DNA of 56,732 bases, filler included, from Piptocephalis cylindrospora (taxonomy: Eukaryota), in the NCBI GenBank assembly GCA_003614145.1. It is 4 parts of 4 records of this genome, joined end to end, with 100 filler letters (N's around TTAATTAATTAA, not from the genome) between each part and the next. Parts side by side here need not be neighbours in the genome. Positions count along the whole stretch, not along the records: positions 28,520 to 42,584 come from KZ987929.1; positions 42,685 to 56,732 come from KZ987930.1; 2 more parts are not named here. One strand, given 5' to 3'. Of this stretch, positions 33,814 through 46,488 are shown one piece after another. Positions within the stretch are counted from its first letter, which is position 1. The number at the start of each line of letters is the position of its first letter. Below the pieces are notes generated by a model. That model was not told where the DNA came from. It did not search any database and saw nothing but the letters and a program-made list of their open reading frames with translations. The position numbers and the translations under genes are program-made.

Positions 33814-36058
33814 ATGTCCCAAGCTATCCGTTCCGTCTTTGCCAAGTGCAAGGCCCAGGGTAAGCCAGTTTCATCAGTCTTCCATGCCCTCTCCCCCCTT
33901 GACTCACGCCCGTCTTTCATGCAGGTCGCGCTGCCTTTGTCACCTTCATTACCGCGGGGTTCCCGAACCCCCGTCTTACCCCATCCCTTCTGCTTGCACT
34001 ACAGAAGGGTGGTGCGGACATTATTGAGCTTGGTAAGTGACCAATCATCTGGATAGTGCCACTTTTTTTCAATGCTCATCTTTCTGATCCATAGGCATCC
34101 CATTTACGGATCCTTTGGCCGATGGCCCCGCCATCGCTGCTGCTAGCAAGGTGGCCCTGTCCCACGATGTCCATATCGACACGTGTCTAGACCTCGTCCG
34201 CACCTCAAGATCTCAGGGTCTCAAAGTTCCCGTTATCTTTATGGGATACTACAACCCTGCCTTGGCTTATGGGGAGGATAAGCTTGTTCGAGAAAGCGCC
34301 GCGGCGGGAGTCAATGGTTTCGTCATTGTTGATCTCCCCCCAGAGGAATCCACCTCATTCCGTGCAAAGTGCTCTGAAGCTGGTCTTAGCTACGTCCCTC
34401 TGGTCACTCCCAGCACCACCGACGCCCGCATCCAACACTTGGCATCCATCGCCGACAGCTTTATCTATGTCGTAAGCAAGATGGGAGTGACCGGCGTGAG
34501 CAAGGATGGGGTCAACAAGGCCCTTCCCGACCTTCTTACCCGGATCCGCCAGTACACCCCGATCCCTCTTGGAGTCGGCTTTGGTGTCGCTACCCGGGAG
34601 GACTATACCAAGGTGGCCAATTTGGCGGATGGAGTTATCATCGGAAGTCAGATTATCCACGTTATTAATGGAGTAGAGGAGTCTTTGGCTGTTCAGGCTG
34701 TCCAGGACTATGCTTCCCAGGTCTCGGGGTCCAGCGACGCCCTGGTGGAGGCGGCGCTCATTGAAGGCCAAGAGCTCGGGATGGCTGAAGGATCTGAGTT
34801 TGTCCATCCCCCAAAGGATGCTGCTGACCTTCCCAAAGGTCTAGTTCATGCTATGCCAGAGAAGTTTGGAGCCTTTGGTGGACAGTACGTTCCCGAGGCC
34901 CTGGTCGATTGTCTCAGTCAGCTGGAAGCGGCTTATCTTGAAGCCTCCAATGATCCTGCATTTTGGGCCGAGTTCCGCTCACACTACTCCTACATTGGCC
35001 GTCCATCCTCGCTCCATCTGGCTCCTCGTCTGACGGAAATGGCTGGTGGCGCGCGAATCTGGTTAAAGCGCGAAGACCTTAACCACACTGGATCTCACAA
35101 GATCAACAATGCCATCGGGCAGATCCTCTTGGCCAAGCGGATCGGTAAGCGCCGAATCATTGCCGAGACAGGTGCAGGCCAACATGGGGTAGCCACGGCT
35201 ACCGTGTGCGCCAAGTTCGGCATGGAATGCCTAGTCTTTATGGGTGAGGAGGATGCCAGGCGCCAGGCTCTTAATGTCTTCCGTATGCGTCTCCTGGGAG
35301 CTGAGGTCTGCACGGTCAAATCGGGGTCCCGGACGCTGAAGGATGCAGTGAACGAGGCCATGCGTTACTGGGTGTCCCACGTCGACTCGACTCATTACTT
35401 GGTTGGATCCGCCATTGGCCCCCACCCCTTCCCTACAATTGTCCGTGATATGCAGCGGGTTATTGGGGAAGAGGTCAAGGCCTCCTTTGCCGAACAGAAC
35501 GAGGGCCGCCTTCCCGATGCTCTTGTGGCTTGTGTCGGAGGAGGTAGTAATGCCATCGGTCTCTTCCATCCCTTCATCAATGACCCCTCGGTCCAGATGA
35601 TTGGTGTGGAGGCCGGAGGTGAGGGAGTGGACACGGAGTTTCATTCAGCCACCTTAGCTCTCGGCACCCCTGGTGTCTTCCACGGGGCCAGGACCTACCT
35701 TCTTCAGGATGAACGGGGCCAGATCACTGAGACCCATAGTATCTGTGCCGGTCTTGATTACCCCGGAGTCGGGCCCGAGCACGCCTGGCTCAAGGATGAA
35801 GGAAGGGCATCCTACCGGGTGGTAGGAGATGTTGGAGCCCTCCAGGGCTTCAAAGCGCTCAGTCAAACCGAGGGCATCATCCCTGCCCTCGAAACCAGCC
35901 ACGCTATCACAGCTACCATTGATGTGGCTCGGGAACTGGGCAAGGGAAAGGACGTTGTACTGTGCGTGAGTGGACGTGGAGACAAGGATGTCCAGAGTGT
36001 TGCTGAGGCCCTTCCCAAGCTGGGACCCAAAATGGGATGGGACTTGCGATTTGAGTAG
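33814..36058 (+). CDS. TRP5: Tryptophan synthase (fused alpha-beta)
   Basis: [83 protein letters not shown]. Exons 33814-33859, 33925-34032, 34095-36058. Confidence 0.98.
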
Positions 36059-36685
36059 AGGCACATGAGAGTGAAGATGAAGAAATGTCCAAGATGGTTT
36101 CTTTCCAGTTTTCCCATTTTTCATTGACTGTTATTGATCATGGTTAACATGTCTTCTTTCTTCGTACTTTATCATCGCATCCAGATCTTGATGGATTCCT
36201 GGACGACATATACTCATCCATTGATCCGGTAAAATGGGGAGTGCCTTAAAGTGCGCTCACACTGTACAGCTTACGAATGTGTACAGGAATTGTACTATGT
36301 GCATATGGGGGTACACCGATCCCCTCTGCCATACATATACTCACACAACACTTGTCTAGAACCCCTTCAAACCTCATTGACTGGACGATGTCACTCCCTA
36401 CTATCGGCCACAACCCCCCTAAGCGGACTTTTTTTCCTGAGCAAATCGGGAAGACCCATTTGTCCCGCCCCCGCCCTCCCAGGGCTTGGGAAAGGTGAGG
36501 TGGGAGGCAAGATCTTTACCCGCCTTCGGGAATATAAGGACTCGTGTGGCACCAGGATATTCTCCCCAATCCTCTTTCCTTCCCCCCCCCCCCTCATCCC
36601 GCCTAATTAACCATCATCCTCATCACCCTTTCGTCTCTCCGGTCTAAAGCCGGCTACCTTCCCCTCCTTCTTGCCTGTTAGCCTT

Positions 36686-38453
36686 ATGTGGCATTATCTG
36701 CCCACGACGGGATACGACCCCACACCATTAAGTACTCATGGCCCTATTATCTTTGGGGTGATCGTGGGTCTCTGGGCCCTCGTCCTCCTGGGCCTGTGTC
36801 TTGCGGTAATCCATTTTCGACGTTTGCCTTCATTGGCCAATCGCTCTCCCGTCCTGACGGTCATGGCCGCAGCGCCTGCCCTAGCTAATGCAGCCTGGAT
36901 TTTGTGGAGACCGCTGCTAGGCGGGAGAGTGAGCTGTGCGATGGATTTATGGCTTATGCTATTTGCCTTTTCCTTTTGGATCCTTCTGAACGCCTCCCGC
37001 TTCATTCGTCTCATCTTTCTCTTCCGCATGCACGATGCATTACTGGACTCCGTAGACAAGGTCGCGATTTCCCGTACCCTTTCCCCCATCTCCACCACTG
37101 CCTCCATCACTACGGAGACTAGCTCTATCTCTAAAGCTGATCCCTCCATTCAGACCGACCCGCATTCCTCAACTGTACCCAAAAAGAGTTACCCAGATCC
37201 GCACGTCTCGGCTAGTCTTAAGCCCTCTTCTGAGCCCTTTGATCCTACGCATCCCGCCATGGTCCACTCTCCCATTGTAGAGGTGGGAGGCATGGAGTGC
37301 ATTGACTTAATGCCCATGGATACCCGAGGATACCAAGGGACCAAGGCCGATGACCGGGGAAAGGCTCGGCTCCTAGGAAAGCGCAAAGGTCCTCGGGAAG
37401 AGCCTATGTCTTGGGGGCGGGACGAAGGGATAAGCCGATTATGGTGGTACAAATATCGACATCTCCTCCGGGAACGGTCCCTTGTCCTGCTCGTTATCTC
37501 CCTTGAACTACTCTATATCATCCTCTTCATCGGCATCCCGCATGCCATCATGGGATCGAGCCCTCTCGAAGATCCTCGGGGGTATGCCCAGGGGCAATGT
37601 CTGGTGGATTGGCCCTTTTGGCCAGGCTATGTGATCCTTGTCGGGCTCAAGACCGTCGTTTATCCCGCTCAGTTTCTTTTCATGCGGGACGTTCGAGATG
37701 CATATGGACTACGATGGGAGCTACGGGTTCATACAGTATGCAAGATGGTGGCAACCCCATTTTTCTTCCTCATCATCCTCATCCCAAACATCCCTCAGAC
37801 CCCTCGAACCTGGGTGATGTTTGTGATGAATGGGATCTTCCTCCTTGGGGGTATCTTTACCTCCTTTCTTTTCCCCCTCTACGATGCCCTTTCCATGCGG
37901 TCTCGTCGGAAGAATGTCTCCTTTTCCCTAGATTCCTTCCATCACATGCTCAAAGACGCCACTGAGTTTGATGAGGTGAGCCATCATCTTCTTTGCTATT
38001 TTAGGATAGACAAATTACCTTTACTGACCCTACCCTACTCTTCCCCCCTATCAGTTCCTCATCTTTTGTGTCAAGGACTTTAGCGTAGAGAATGCCCTGT
38101 TCCATCGAAGATGCGCCCGACTCTTTTCCCAGCATGAATCCACCACATCAGCCTCCTCCCATGCAGTAGGAAGGGCAGATCTGGGTCTGAGCACCTCCTC
38201 CCCCACCTCCTCAGCCTATAAGCTAGAGGTCAACTCCATCTACGATACATACCTCCAGTCCAACTCTCCCTTTGAACTCAATATGGACGTTCGGACTCTC
38301 CGTCGGTTCCAAGAGCGATGGAATGCTGGAGAGGATGGACCAGAGGTGTTCCGGGAGGTGGTGGATGAGGTAGAGCGGATTATGTTCCAACATACCTACC
38401 CACGCTTCCTTGCCACTCGGGAAGACCGGTCGGCCCGGCATAGTGATCACTAA
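36686..38453 (+). CDS. Multi-pass (7TM-like) membrane protein with C-terminal RGS domain
   Basis: About 7 hydrophobic segments; RSP, DAYGLRWEL motifs; after intron 37976-38054 the RGS motifs F..FCVKDFSVENALF, IYDTYL..NSPFELN, VF.....EVERIMFQHTYPRFL. Confidence 0.88.
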
Positions 38454-38663
38454 TGTTCTGATAGCAGTAATAGTAATACCTAAGCGTGTATGTACACTGG
38501 CACGTGTGTTCTATGAATCATGTTGGTGAAAAGGTGGGGGAGACGCAAGAAACCATCATTATTGCCATTGTCAGTCAGCTTCTTTCCCATGGTGTCTGTA
38601 CTGCTTCTAGAAGCAATAAGATACGATTGTACAGGGAGGATCTATATGTGGCGTTTCATTATA

Positions 38664-39565
38664 CATTGTGTGTCAAAAGTATAGGCCCGGTCCCATTAAA
38701 AACCCCTTACACAATATATCCTTTCGTACAGAGGCCCTAGATAAATGATAACATATCCATTAGATTCCTCCCGTTTAGCGCTATTGAATAATGTATAAAT
38801 TAATATATTTGGTTAAGTTCCCATACTTTCGAAGTTTATCTTTCAAAAGTGTAGATCCGGTCGACATTCCCATCACATACTAAATGATAACTTCCTTTAT
38901 ATTACTTCAAATAGTTTTAAACATGACATGGTAATAGCTTAAAAGAAGAGGGTTCGAATAAAGTATTAACTCTCTTGCTAGCTAACCGCATTTCAATTTT
39001 ATTTTAATTTCCCCAATCCTCATCATCCATAATTGACCCTCCAACAATGCCCCATGGAAAGGGATTTAGTGAAGGCTTCAGGAGCATTATCTTTTAATGC
39101 CATGGTAGGAAAATGGATCCCACGGCCATAGGTAAGATCCTGGATGTCTTGGTGAGCACAGTCAAAAGCAGTATTCAACGATTCAAACCTCGCGACGGAA
39201 CGGGGTCTCTTCCACGCACCGACAGGCCCCGCAAGACAATTAAACGGAACGATCGTGCTATTCAAAAGCACGCAAAGGCTTCCCGTACGGCTTCGATCTG
39301 TAGATTCTTTTCAATGCTTGCGGCAATGGAAGATGTCGAGGGTTCCCATTCGACAATCAGAGTTCTTCACAAAGATAAATTGAATTTTTGGATCTTTTTG
39401 AAGTCTTAATATATTTATTGTCTCTAAACATTTATATCACTAGAAAATCCTTTGAAATTTGCGTCTAATGATTGTATTTGCATTAAATCATTTTTATTGC
39501 ATAAGGAAATGCTGTTAGTGAGCATATCTGGCTAAATGGAGGAGGTCTATACTTTTGACACTGTG
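38664..39565 (+). mobile_element. Non-autonomous, internally deleted Tc1/mariner DNA transposon
   Basis: Inverted repeat core GTGTCAAAAGTATAG (38670-38684) and CTATACTTTTGACAC (39547-39561); TA at both ends; transposase N-terminus from ATG 39047 (MPHGKGFSE..*..IGKILDV..STVKS.IQRF...G.LPRTDRPRK...RNDRAI...TIRVLHK) with an in-frame stop and no DDE domain. Confidence 0.82.
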
Positions 39566-39826
39566 TAGTATAGTAGCACTCCACATATTCATTATAGTGC
39601 TCCACATACTCACTGGGCACACACACACACACATACATACACTCACACCTCACACTCACACAGAAATAGGTACACACACAACAATGCCCCATCCTTAGAG
39701 AATCCTTGCCTAAGCCTCACCTTCACTTACAACGCACTACCTAACCATAAGGTCAGTCCAAGCCTCTTTTTCATACAACGATCCTACCTTCATTATCCTT
39801 TTCCCCCTTTTCTTACCCCACTTAAA

Positions 39827-41541
39827 ATGGAAAGGGTCGTCTGCGAAACCTGCAACGTGGACTTGACACAGAACGTGAGGATCCAGTGTGCACACGAGGC
39901 CTGTGCCGAACTTTGCATCTGCATCCCTTGTTTTGCCAATGGCGCCGAGGTTGGACCCCATCGCCACTTTCATCCCTATCGTGTCATTGTAAGTGCTAAA
40001 GTACATGGACTTTGGTAGGCCAGTACTCACCCCTTGTCCAGGATAAAATATCCTTTCCAATTTACGAAAAGGAATGGGGAGCCGATGAGGAACTTCGTCT
40101 CCTGGAAGGTTTATCCTTGAGAGGGATGGGGAACTGGGTGGATGTGGCAGACCATGTAGAGACACGAACCAAAGTGGAATGTGAAGAGCATTACCTTCGG
40201 GTCTATGTCAATTCCCCGACCTGGCCTATCCCGGTAAGAATGATTGAGGTCACCATGTCATGATCCTGGTGCACTTACCCTGCATCTTACTTTGTAGATG
40301 GAAAGAGACTTTCCAAAAGGCTTGGATACCTTGGTGCATCGAAAAAAGAGAAAGCTGGGAGGGGCAGAGAAGAAGAGGACATGGATCAGTGGTCCGTGCT
40401 ATCATCCTGAGGTGTACGGGTTCATGCCTGCACGAGGAGAGTTTGAGATGGAGGCGGAGAATGAGGCGGAGATGGATGTCAAGTCCATTTCCTTCTCTCC
40501 GGATGAGTCTCAAGTATCGCGTGGTAAGAGAGAGCAGGAGAAGAACAAGAAGATAACCCGGTTCTCATTATCCCACGTCCCTCAGAGTACAAACTCACCC
40601 TTTTGGAAATCTACAATGAACGATTGGATCGAAGATTACGCCGTCGACACTTTGTACTAGACCGTGGATTCCTCAACTATCGTGCACATCAGCAATATGA
40701 AAAGGCTATGCCCAAGGAAGATAAGGATCTCCTGCAAAGCCTCAAAGTGTATACACCCCTAATGACCAAAGGAAATGCGGATGCATTCGTTGAAGGGATT
40801 CTTCGGGAAAGACAGCTTCGTCAGCGGATTGCCCTGCTCCAGGAATGGAGACTGAATGGGATTCGATCACAGGACGAGGGCATGTCCTACGAGTATGCCA
40901 AGTCGGCCCGCGCATCCGGTCAAGGATCCCGTGGCTCTGCCCCCTTGACCCGTGAAGGTTCTCATCATCTAACTGGATCTCCCTTCTCTGGGTACGGATC
41001 CACAGGCGCTCTATCCGGTTCAGGACCCTCCCGATTAGGACAAGGTAGGAGGGAGGATGGGCCTGGGCCGGGCCACCCCGCCTCCACAGCCACTCCCCCC
41101 AAGAGCAAGGTTATTGGAAGGAAGCAGGGTAAGCTGAATGGATAAAGCGTAGGATTTGTGTGCAGTACTCATCCCTTCTCCTCTCCCCAATCAGCCATCC
41201 CACTGGATATTACAGATGCAGCGGATGTTCATTTACTGTCGGCCAAGGAGGTGGAGTTGTGCTCCAACCTACGTCTCCTCCCCCAGGCCTATCTTCCCAT
41301 CAAGGCAACGGTCATTCGGGAGGCGTCGAGGAGAACGACGATGCGAAAGAGAGATGCACGAGACCATATCAAGATCGATGTCAACAAGATTGGGGCTCTA
41401 TGGGACTTTTGGGTGGCTTCCGGCTGGATCAGACCAGCCAGTGCCAACAAACCTGATCCCAATAGGGCTGCTCAAGCTGCTGCTGCTGCTGCTGCTGCCG
41501 CAGCAGCCAATGCTGGCTCCACCCCTTCATCCAAATCGTAG
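39827..41541 (+). CDS. ADA2: Transcriptional adapter Ada2 (SAGA complex)
   Basis: ZZ zinc finger (CETC..CAHEAC..CIPCF..H...HPYRVI), SANT (WGADEELRLLEG...GMGNWVDVADHV), GFMPARGEFEMEAENEAE, SWIRM (KIDVNK...W). Exons 39827-39988, 40042-40233, 40298-40523, 40586-41128, 41195-41541. Confidence 0.95.
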
Positions 41542-41947
41542 GAGGAGGGGGATGTGTGTTGTTTGTTGGATCGATCTAGGAAAGGGATGGTACTATGTGT
41601 GTGTGCCTCTCTTTCCCATTATCCCAACGAACAAAATGTATGGGTTGCTCATTTCACTCTCTCTCGACCCAATTCAAGCAATAGTAGCATCAAATGTCCA
41701 TGCGCGTAAAAGAATGTGGGTGCATGTTGTTTGCCGTAGTCATGAGGACATGGGACCAAGGTATATGGGAGTGTCCTTCCATTTCGGACGCACACAGCTC
41801 TCTATCCAAAGGACCATGGCCACACAGACACACACATCACCCTCCCAACAACCCGAACCTATCCAAGGTAGAGGGGGGGAAGAAGGGAAAGGGATGACGA
41901 GAAGAGACTCACCACCATCCTAGGGACAAGTGAGGAAAGAGAAGCAA

Positions 41948-42418
41948 TTAGAACTTGGCAAACTGCTTGCTGCCCTTGACGGTCTTCTTGGAGACCTTAA
42001 GGACGTTGAAGCGGACGGTCTTGGAGAGAGGACGGCACTGACCGACGGTGACGGTATCGCCGGGGGCGACGCCGATGAAGGCGGGGGAGAGATGGGCAGC
42101 GAGGTTCTTGTGACGCTTCTCGTACCGGCTGTACTTGGGGATGAAGTGAAGGTAGTCGCGACGGATGATGATGGTGCGGTTCATCTTGGTGGAGACGACG
42201 ACACCGGTGAGGATGCGGCCACGGATGGAGACCTCTCCGGTAAAGGGGCACTTCTTGTCAATGTAGGTACCGTTGATGGCCTCACGGGGGGTCTTGAAGC
42301 CGAGGCCAACCTCCTTCCACCAGCGCTTGGTGGCGGTGGACTTGACGGCGGTGCGGGACTTGGCGTTCTGGAAGATGCCGACCTGCTTCTGGAAAGCGCG
42401 CTCAACCTGTTCGGACAT
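41948..42418 (-). CDS. RPS11: 40S ribosomal protein S11 (uS17)
   Basis: [55 protein letters not shown]; strong C-ending codon bias; intronless. Confidence 0.99.
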   Translation of the reverse strand: MSEQVERAFQKQVGIFQNAKSRTAVKSTATKRWWKEVGLGFKTPREAINGTYIDKKCPFTGEVSIRGRILTGVVVSTKMNRTIIIRRDYLHFIPKYSRYEKRHKNLAAHLSPAFIGVAPGDTVTVGQCRPLSKTVRFNVLKVSKKTVKGSKQFAKF

Positions 42419-42584
42419 GATGGGATAAGGGACAGATGTTCCGGTGAGGGATGGGAAGGGATCTCTTGGCTAGGGACGGGTCCAAAGTGGGAGAGGAAGG
42501 AAAAGAGGGAGAAAAAAAGGATCCGAGTCTTGAGAGGAGGCTTGAGGCGAGGAGAATGAGTGTGTGTGGATGTGGGTGTGTGTG

Positions 42585-42683
42585 NNNNNNNNNNNNNNNN
42601 NNNNNNNNNNNNNNNNNNNNNNNNNNNNTTAATTAATTAANNNNNNNNNNNNNNNNNNNNNNNNNNNNNNNNNNNNNNNNNNN
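42585..42683. other. Artificial contig linker
   Basis: N-TTAATTAATTAA-N. Confidence 0.95.
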
Positions 42684-42721
42684 NCGAGAGACCTCTGGCG
42701 GGGGTGGGGGGGTGGTCGACG

Positions 42722-42765
<44 letters not shown>

Positions 42766-43608
42766 AGAGGGGGAGGGGAAGGGGGGGGGGGGGGGGAGGG
42801 GGGAGGGGGGGTGGGGGGGAGGGGGGGCCTGGTCATCATTGTATTGAGTCTCGAGGTGATGGAGAAGACTATGGGTACGGGGAGGGGAGATGGGCATACG
42901 ATCCCAGACCGGGTCATGGGACTCGGGCTTCCTAGGAGGGCCGATGATGGGAGGGGCCGGGGCGGTGAGGGGGCTGGGAGCCGGAAGGGAGGAGGTGTGA
43001 AAGGAGGCGGTTTGATGAAGTTGATGGAGGGTGGAGGTGAAGAAGTCTCCGTCCTCCTCATCGCCGAAGTGTTGCTGATGGGTAGGAGAATGATTCATGG
43101 AATGGGATCTCGGAGGACGGGATAGACCATGAGTGGAGAAGTGATCTGTGGCCGAGGCGGAGGCAGAGGCGGAGGATAGGTCCTGGATGGAGAGGGAGAT
43201 GCCGCCACCAAGAGGAGTGGTGGTGGTGCTGGAGGTCGAGGTCTCCTGGGTGACATAGTGGGGGGAGGAGGGTTCGGGGAAGGAGGGCTCCGGGAAGTTG
43301 AGATAAGGGGCGGAGTTATCGGGCAGGGAGGAGGGGGGGGCAAAGTAGTTGGTGGAGTCACCCGGGTGAGGGAAGGTGGGTGGGGGAGGCTGAGGGGAGG
43401 AGGAGTAGGGCAGACCAGCGGATGGGACTCTCTTGTGTGGGTGGTGGGTGGAGGAGAGAGATTTGGCCGGAGGGGTGGGGAGGGGACGGGAGGAACGTCC
43501 TGTGCTCGTGGTAGTGTTTGGGGTGATCATAGTGGGGGGAGGAGGGGGAGGAGAGGAGGAGGGTTCACCTGGGGGTCTGTAGTCCTGTTCTCCCTGTAAC
43601 CACGACAT
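42684..43608 (-). CDS. 5' fragment of a proline-rich protein, truncated by contig end
   Basis: ATG 43608 (MSWLQGEQDYRPP) follows a long CT-rich leader; frame open into a poly-Pro/poly-G tract at the contig edge. Confidence 0.6.
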
Positions 43609-43995
43609 GTCACAGGTGGGGTTCTTTTTGGGGAGTGGGTGGAGGGAGGGGAGGAAAGGGAGGGGAAGGAGGGGGATGGGTAGGTAATGGCGGAGAGGAA
43701 AGAGAAGAGAAGGGAAGGAAAGAGAAGGGAAGGGATGGAGGATAAAGCGAAGAAGAGGGAGGGGGAGGAGGAGGAGGAAAGAGAGGGAAAAAGTGGGTGG
43801 AGTGGGCAAGGCGGAGTGAGTGAGAGGGAAATAGAGCGAGCGAGCGGGCGAACGAGCGAGGAGGAGCAGGGTGAGTGTGGACGGGTCTAGAAAGGAGGAG
43901 GCCTTACTCTTGTTGGTGGGAGAGGGAGGATGATTACACACTGTTATTTAATGATGATGATGAGTCTGGGAGGAAAGGGATGAATGGGGAAGGAT

Positions 43996-44100
43996 GTGAG
44001 TGAGTGAGCGAGTGAGTGAGTGAGCAGTGAGTGAGTGAGTAGTGAGTGAGTGAGTGAGTAGTAAGTGAGCAGTGGGTGAGTAGTGAGTGAGTGAGTGTGA
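43996..44100. repeat. (GTGA)n imperfect microsatellite
   Basis: Directly visible. Confidence 0.9.
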
Positions 44101-44793
44101 ATGTGAATAGACTGGATGGCGGTGTGAGGTGAGCAGAGGAGAGGCATTGAAGGGTGGTGGGATATGGAAAAGGGGCCTAGTGGGATCGGCCTTCACTTTC
44201 TATGTGGAGGGCAAGTGTAGATTACGCTTCATTCCTCTGGTTTCTATTCTATTATTCTTTCTGCTCATAGATTTCCTGGCAGATCTCTGCCTTTATGATC
44301 CATTGCGCTGCTTATGTGATTAGGTCAGGATAGGCAAAAGGATCTTGGTGGAGGAGAGACACGAGCTGGTAGGATTCAAGCGAGGAGACGTATGGATCGG
44401 TAGACAAGGATGTTTTGAGGGAGAGGGGGGAGGGACCCTTGTGTCTCGCACATAGGAGCTGTAGCGGACAAGGCTTACGCCATCCAGCGCACTAGCTTCG
44501 AAGATGAGAGGGAAATAAATGAGGTTCGGCTTGGATAGGACCACTGCTGAACAAGAGCCGCCATTTGCACACTATATATACTGTGTATGAGGGAGGACAG
44601 CCCCAAGCGGGATGAGGCGGTGGGTGTTTAAACTCACCCTAGCGAACTCATAGACGGTGATTTGGTCCTCCGCCAAAGCGCTAAGGGTAAGGGTGAGAGC
44701 CCTCCCCCCACAAGGAAAGACGCTGGTCATCTTCTATACCCCATCCCATCTCGCCCTCTCCATCCCATTCTACCCTGACTCCTCCCTCCCAAC

Positions 44794-45470
44794 ATGACCA
44801 CAGACATCGGTACCCCACACCCTCCTATGCAAGCGTCTTCCCCGTTTGCCCCGGTGGAAACCCGACTTCGACTCCTTGAGAGACAGATACTGGCCAAGCC
44901 TCAGGGCAGGATGGCCGAGTTGGCCGCGCAGACTACCCAGGCGCTGGAGTCACATCGAGAGGCCGAGGAGCAAGAAAGGATGGAGAAGGAGAGAATGGCT
45001 GCATCGGCCTCCTTGTCCGAGGATGGGGAAGAGGGAAGGGGCTCCCCACTGGCCCCTCCTCCAATCGTCGCTCCCTCCACCATTCCCGATTCCTCTCCCT
45101 CTCGACCCAAAGTGATGGAGGAGCTTCCGTTGATCCAGCAGGTTCAGGCCTTGCAGCTCAAGGCCCAGCAACACATGCATCAGCGTCAAGTGCTGGTGAA
45201 TTTTTGGAAAAAATGTAAGTGGCTTCCTTGGAATGTGATCTCGATAGGATCATCTCACCTCATCCCTCATAATGCGCTTAGACGAGGTACACCAATCCAT
45301 GCTGGAAGCCGATGATCTCTCCTTGGCCAAAGAGAGGCTGGATGTCTCTGCCAAGCTTGAAATCCTCCTGGCTGCCGAAGAGGATATTTCCCAGGTCCTG
45401 GCTCATCTACAGACCTGTGCGGATCTGCAGGATCATGTGAACCCCAAGGCCTTTCAAGGTAAGTCTGGGT

Positions 45471-45509
<39 letters not shown>

Positions 45510-45896
45510 GCGGTGATGGCTGATCTAGCTGGTAGCACTAGTGCATTAGAACCCTGTCCCCGCTCACCCTATCCTCCTACAACAACAACAACATATGAAC
45601 GTAGATGTGGAGGAGCACATCCCGGTCCTAACAGAAGTCATCAGTAACCATGAGAATCAAGTCAAGCAGAGTATGGCCTTGACTCGTCAGATCACCTCTA
45701 TCCTGGGTGCTTATAACAATCAGGTCGGTGATTCGGCGGTGAAGGAGTGATGGGATGGGATGGCTTGGCCTTACCCTAACAGCTCGCATCTTCCCCATTC
45801 CCACAGGTCAATGCCTTTTCCGAACTCTTCCTCCATTGGGACTCTGTGATCAAGGCCGTGGAGGCTCGTGTTTCCCTGTTGGAGAAGAAGGTCTAG
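44794..45896 (+). CDS. Dynactin subunit 3 (p22/p24)-like
   Basis: ETRLRLLERQI, AKLEILLAAEEDI, ILGAYNNQVNAFSELFLHWD..I..VE. Exons 44794-45214, 45282-45458, 45605-45723, 45808-45896. Confidence 0.75.
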
Positions 45897-46488
45897 AGGA
45901 TGAAACCTCTTCTGGCTGTTGATGGAGATGGAAAGGATGGGTTATGATGAAGGGAAATATGAACACGATCACCACAAGATGGATCGAGTCATATGTAATA
46001 CAGCTGCCGTAGTGATTACACCCGATGAGGAGGACAAACAGTCTCGGTGTACTTTGGCTCATCTCTCCCGCAACACCCACTTCCCCTAGTGAAAAAGTAC
46101 ACATCCTACAAAAGATGCAAGCTGGAGGAGATTAGGTCAGCGTCTCCATACGGCACTCTCCACCATCGCCATCCAGCTTCCAACTCCGATCACGTGTGGA
46201 GTGGGAAAATCAGAGATGAGCCGACAGCGGAGGAACTAGAGGATAATGTACGATGGGAAGGGTTCTGTGTGTTCAGGGAGCTGGGTTACTCAGTGCGGGG
46301 TGGGAAAGCGGGGTCAAACGGGAGTGGACAGCTGGGTAGGGACAGATGGGGGCTAGGCCCTATAAAGGCTTGGGGACAGGGGTGACCCTTGGATGAGATG
46401 CACCTGTCCACTTTTTGTTTCCCTCTTCCTCTCTCTCCTTCCCATTGTCACTTCACTTCTTCCCTTATACACTATCTACTAAGCCTGC

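Noticed and set aside
41930..42559. 209-aa plus-strand ORF opposite RPS11, and similar antisense ORFs over CK2, NMD5, TRP5 and the ABC gene
   Set aside because: Shadow ORFs caused by strong codon bias in the real genes.
14164..42683. Three TTAATTAATTAA palindromes at ~14.2-kb spacing, and apparent gene neighbourhoods across them
   Set aside because: They are artificial six-frame-stop linkers in N-runs. Segment lengths fall monotonically (14163, 14156, 14065, 14049), indicating size-sorted concatenated contigs.
42700..42830. Long poly-G tracts (also 28575-28670) as G-quadruplex elements
   Set aside because: They lie at contig ends where homopolymer quality is poor; the 42.7-kb tract is explained by poly-Pro codons on the minus strand.
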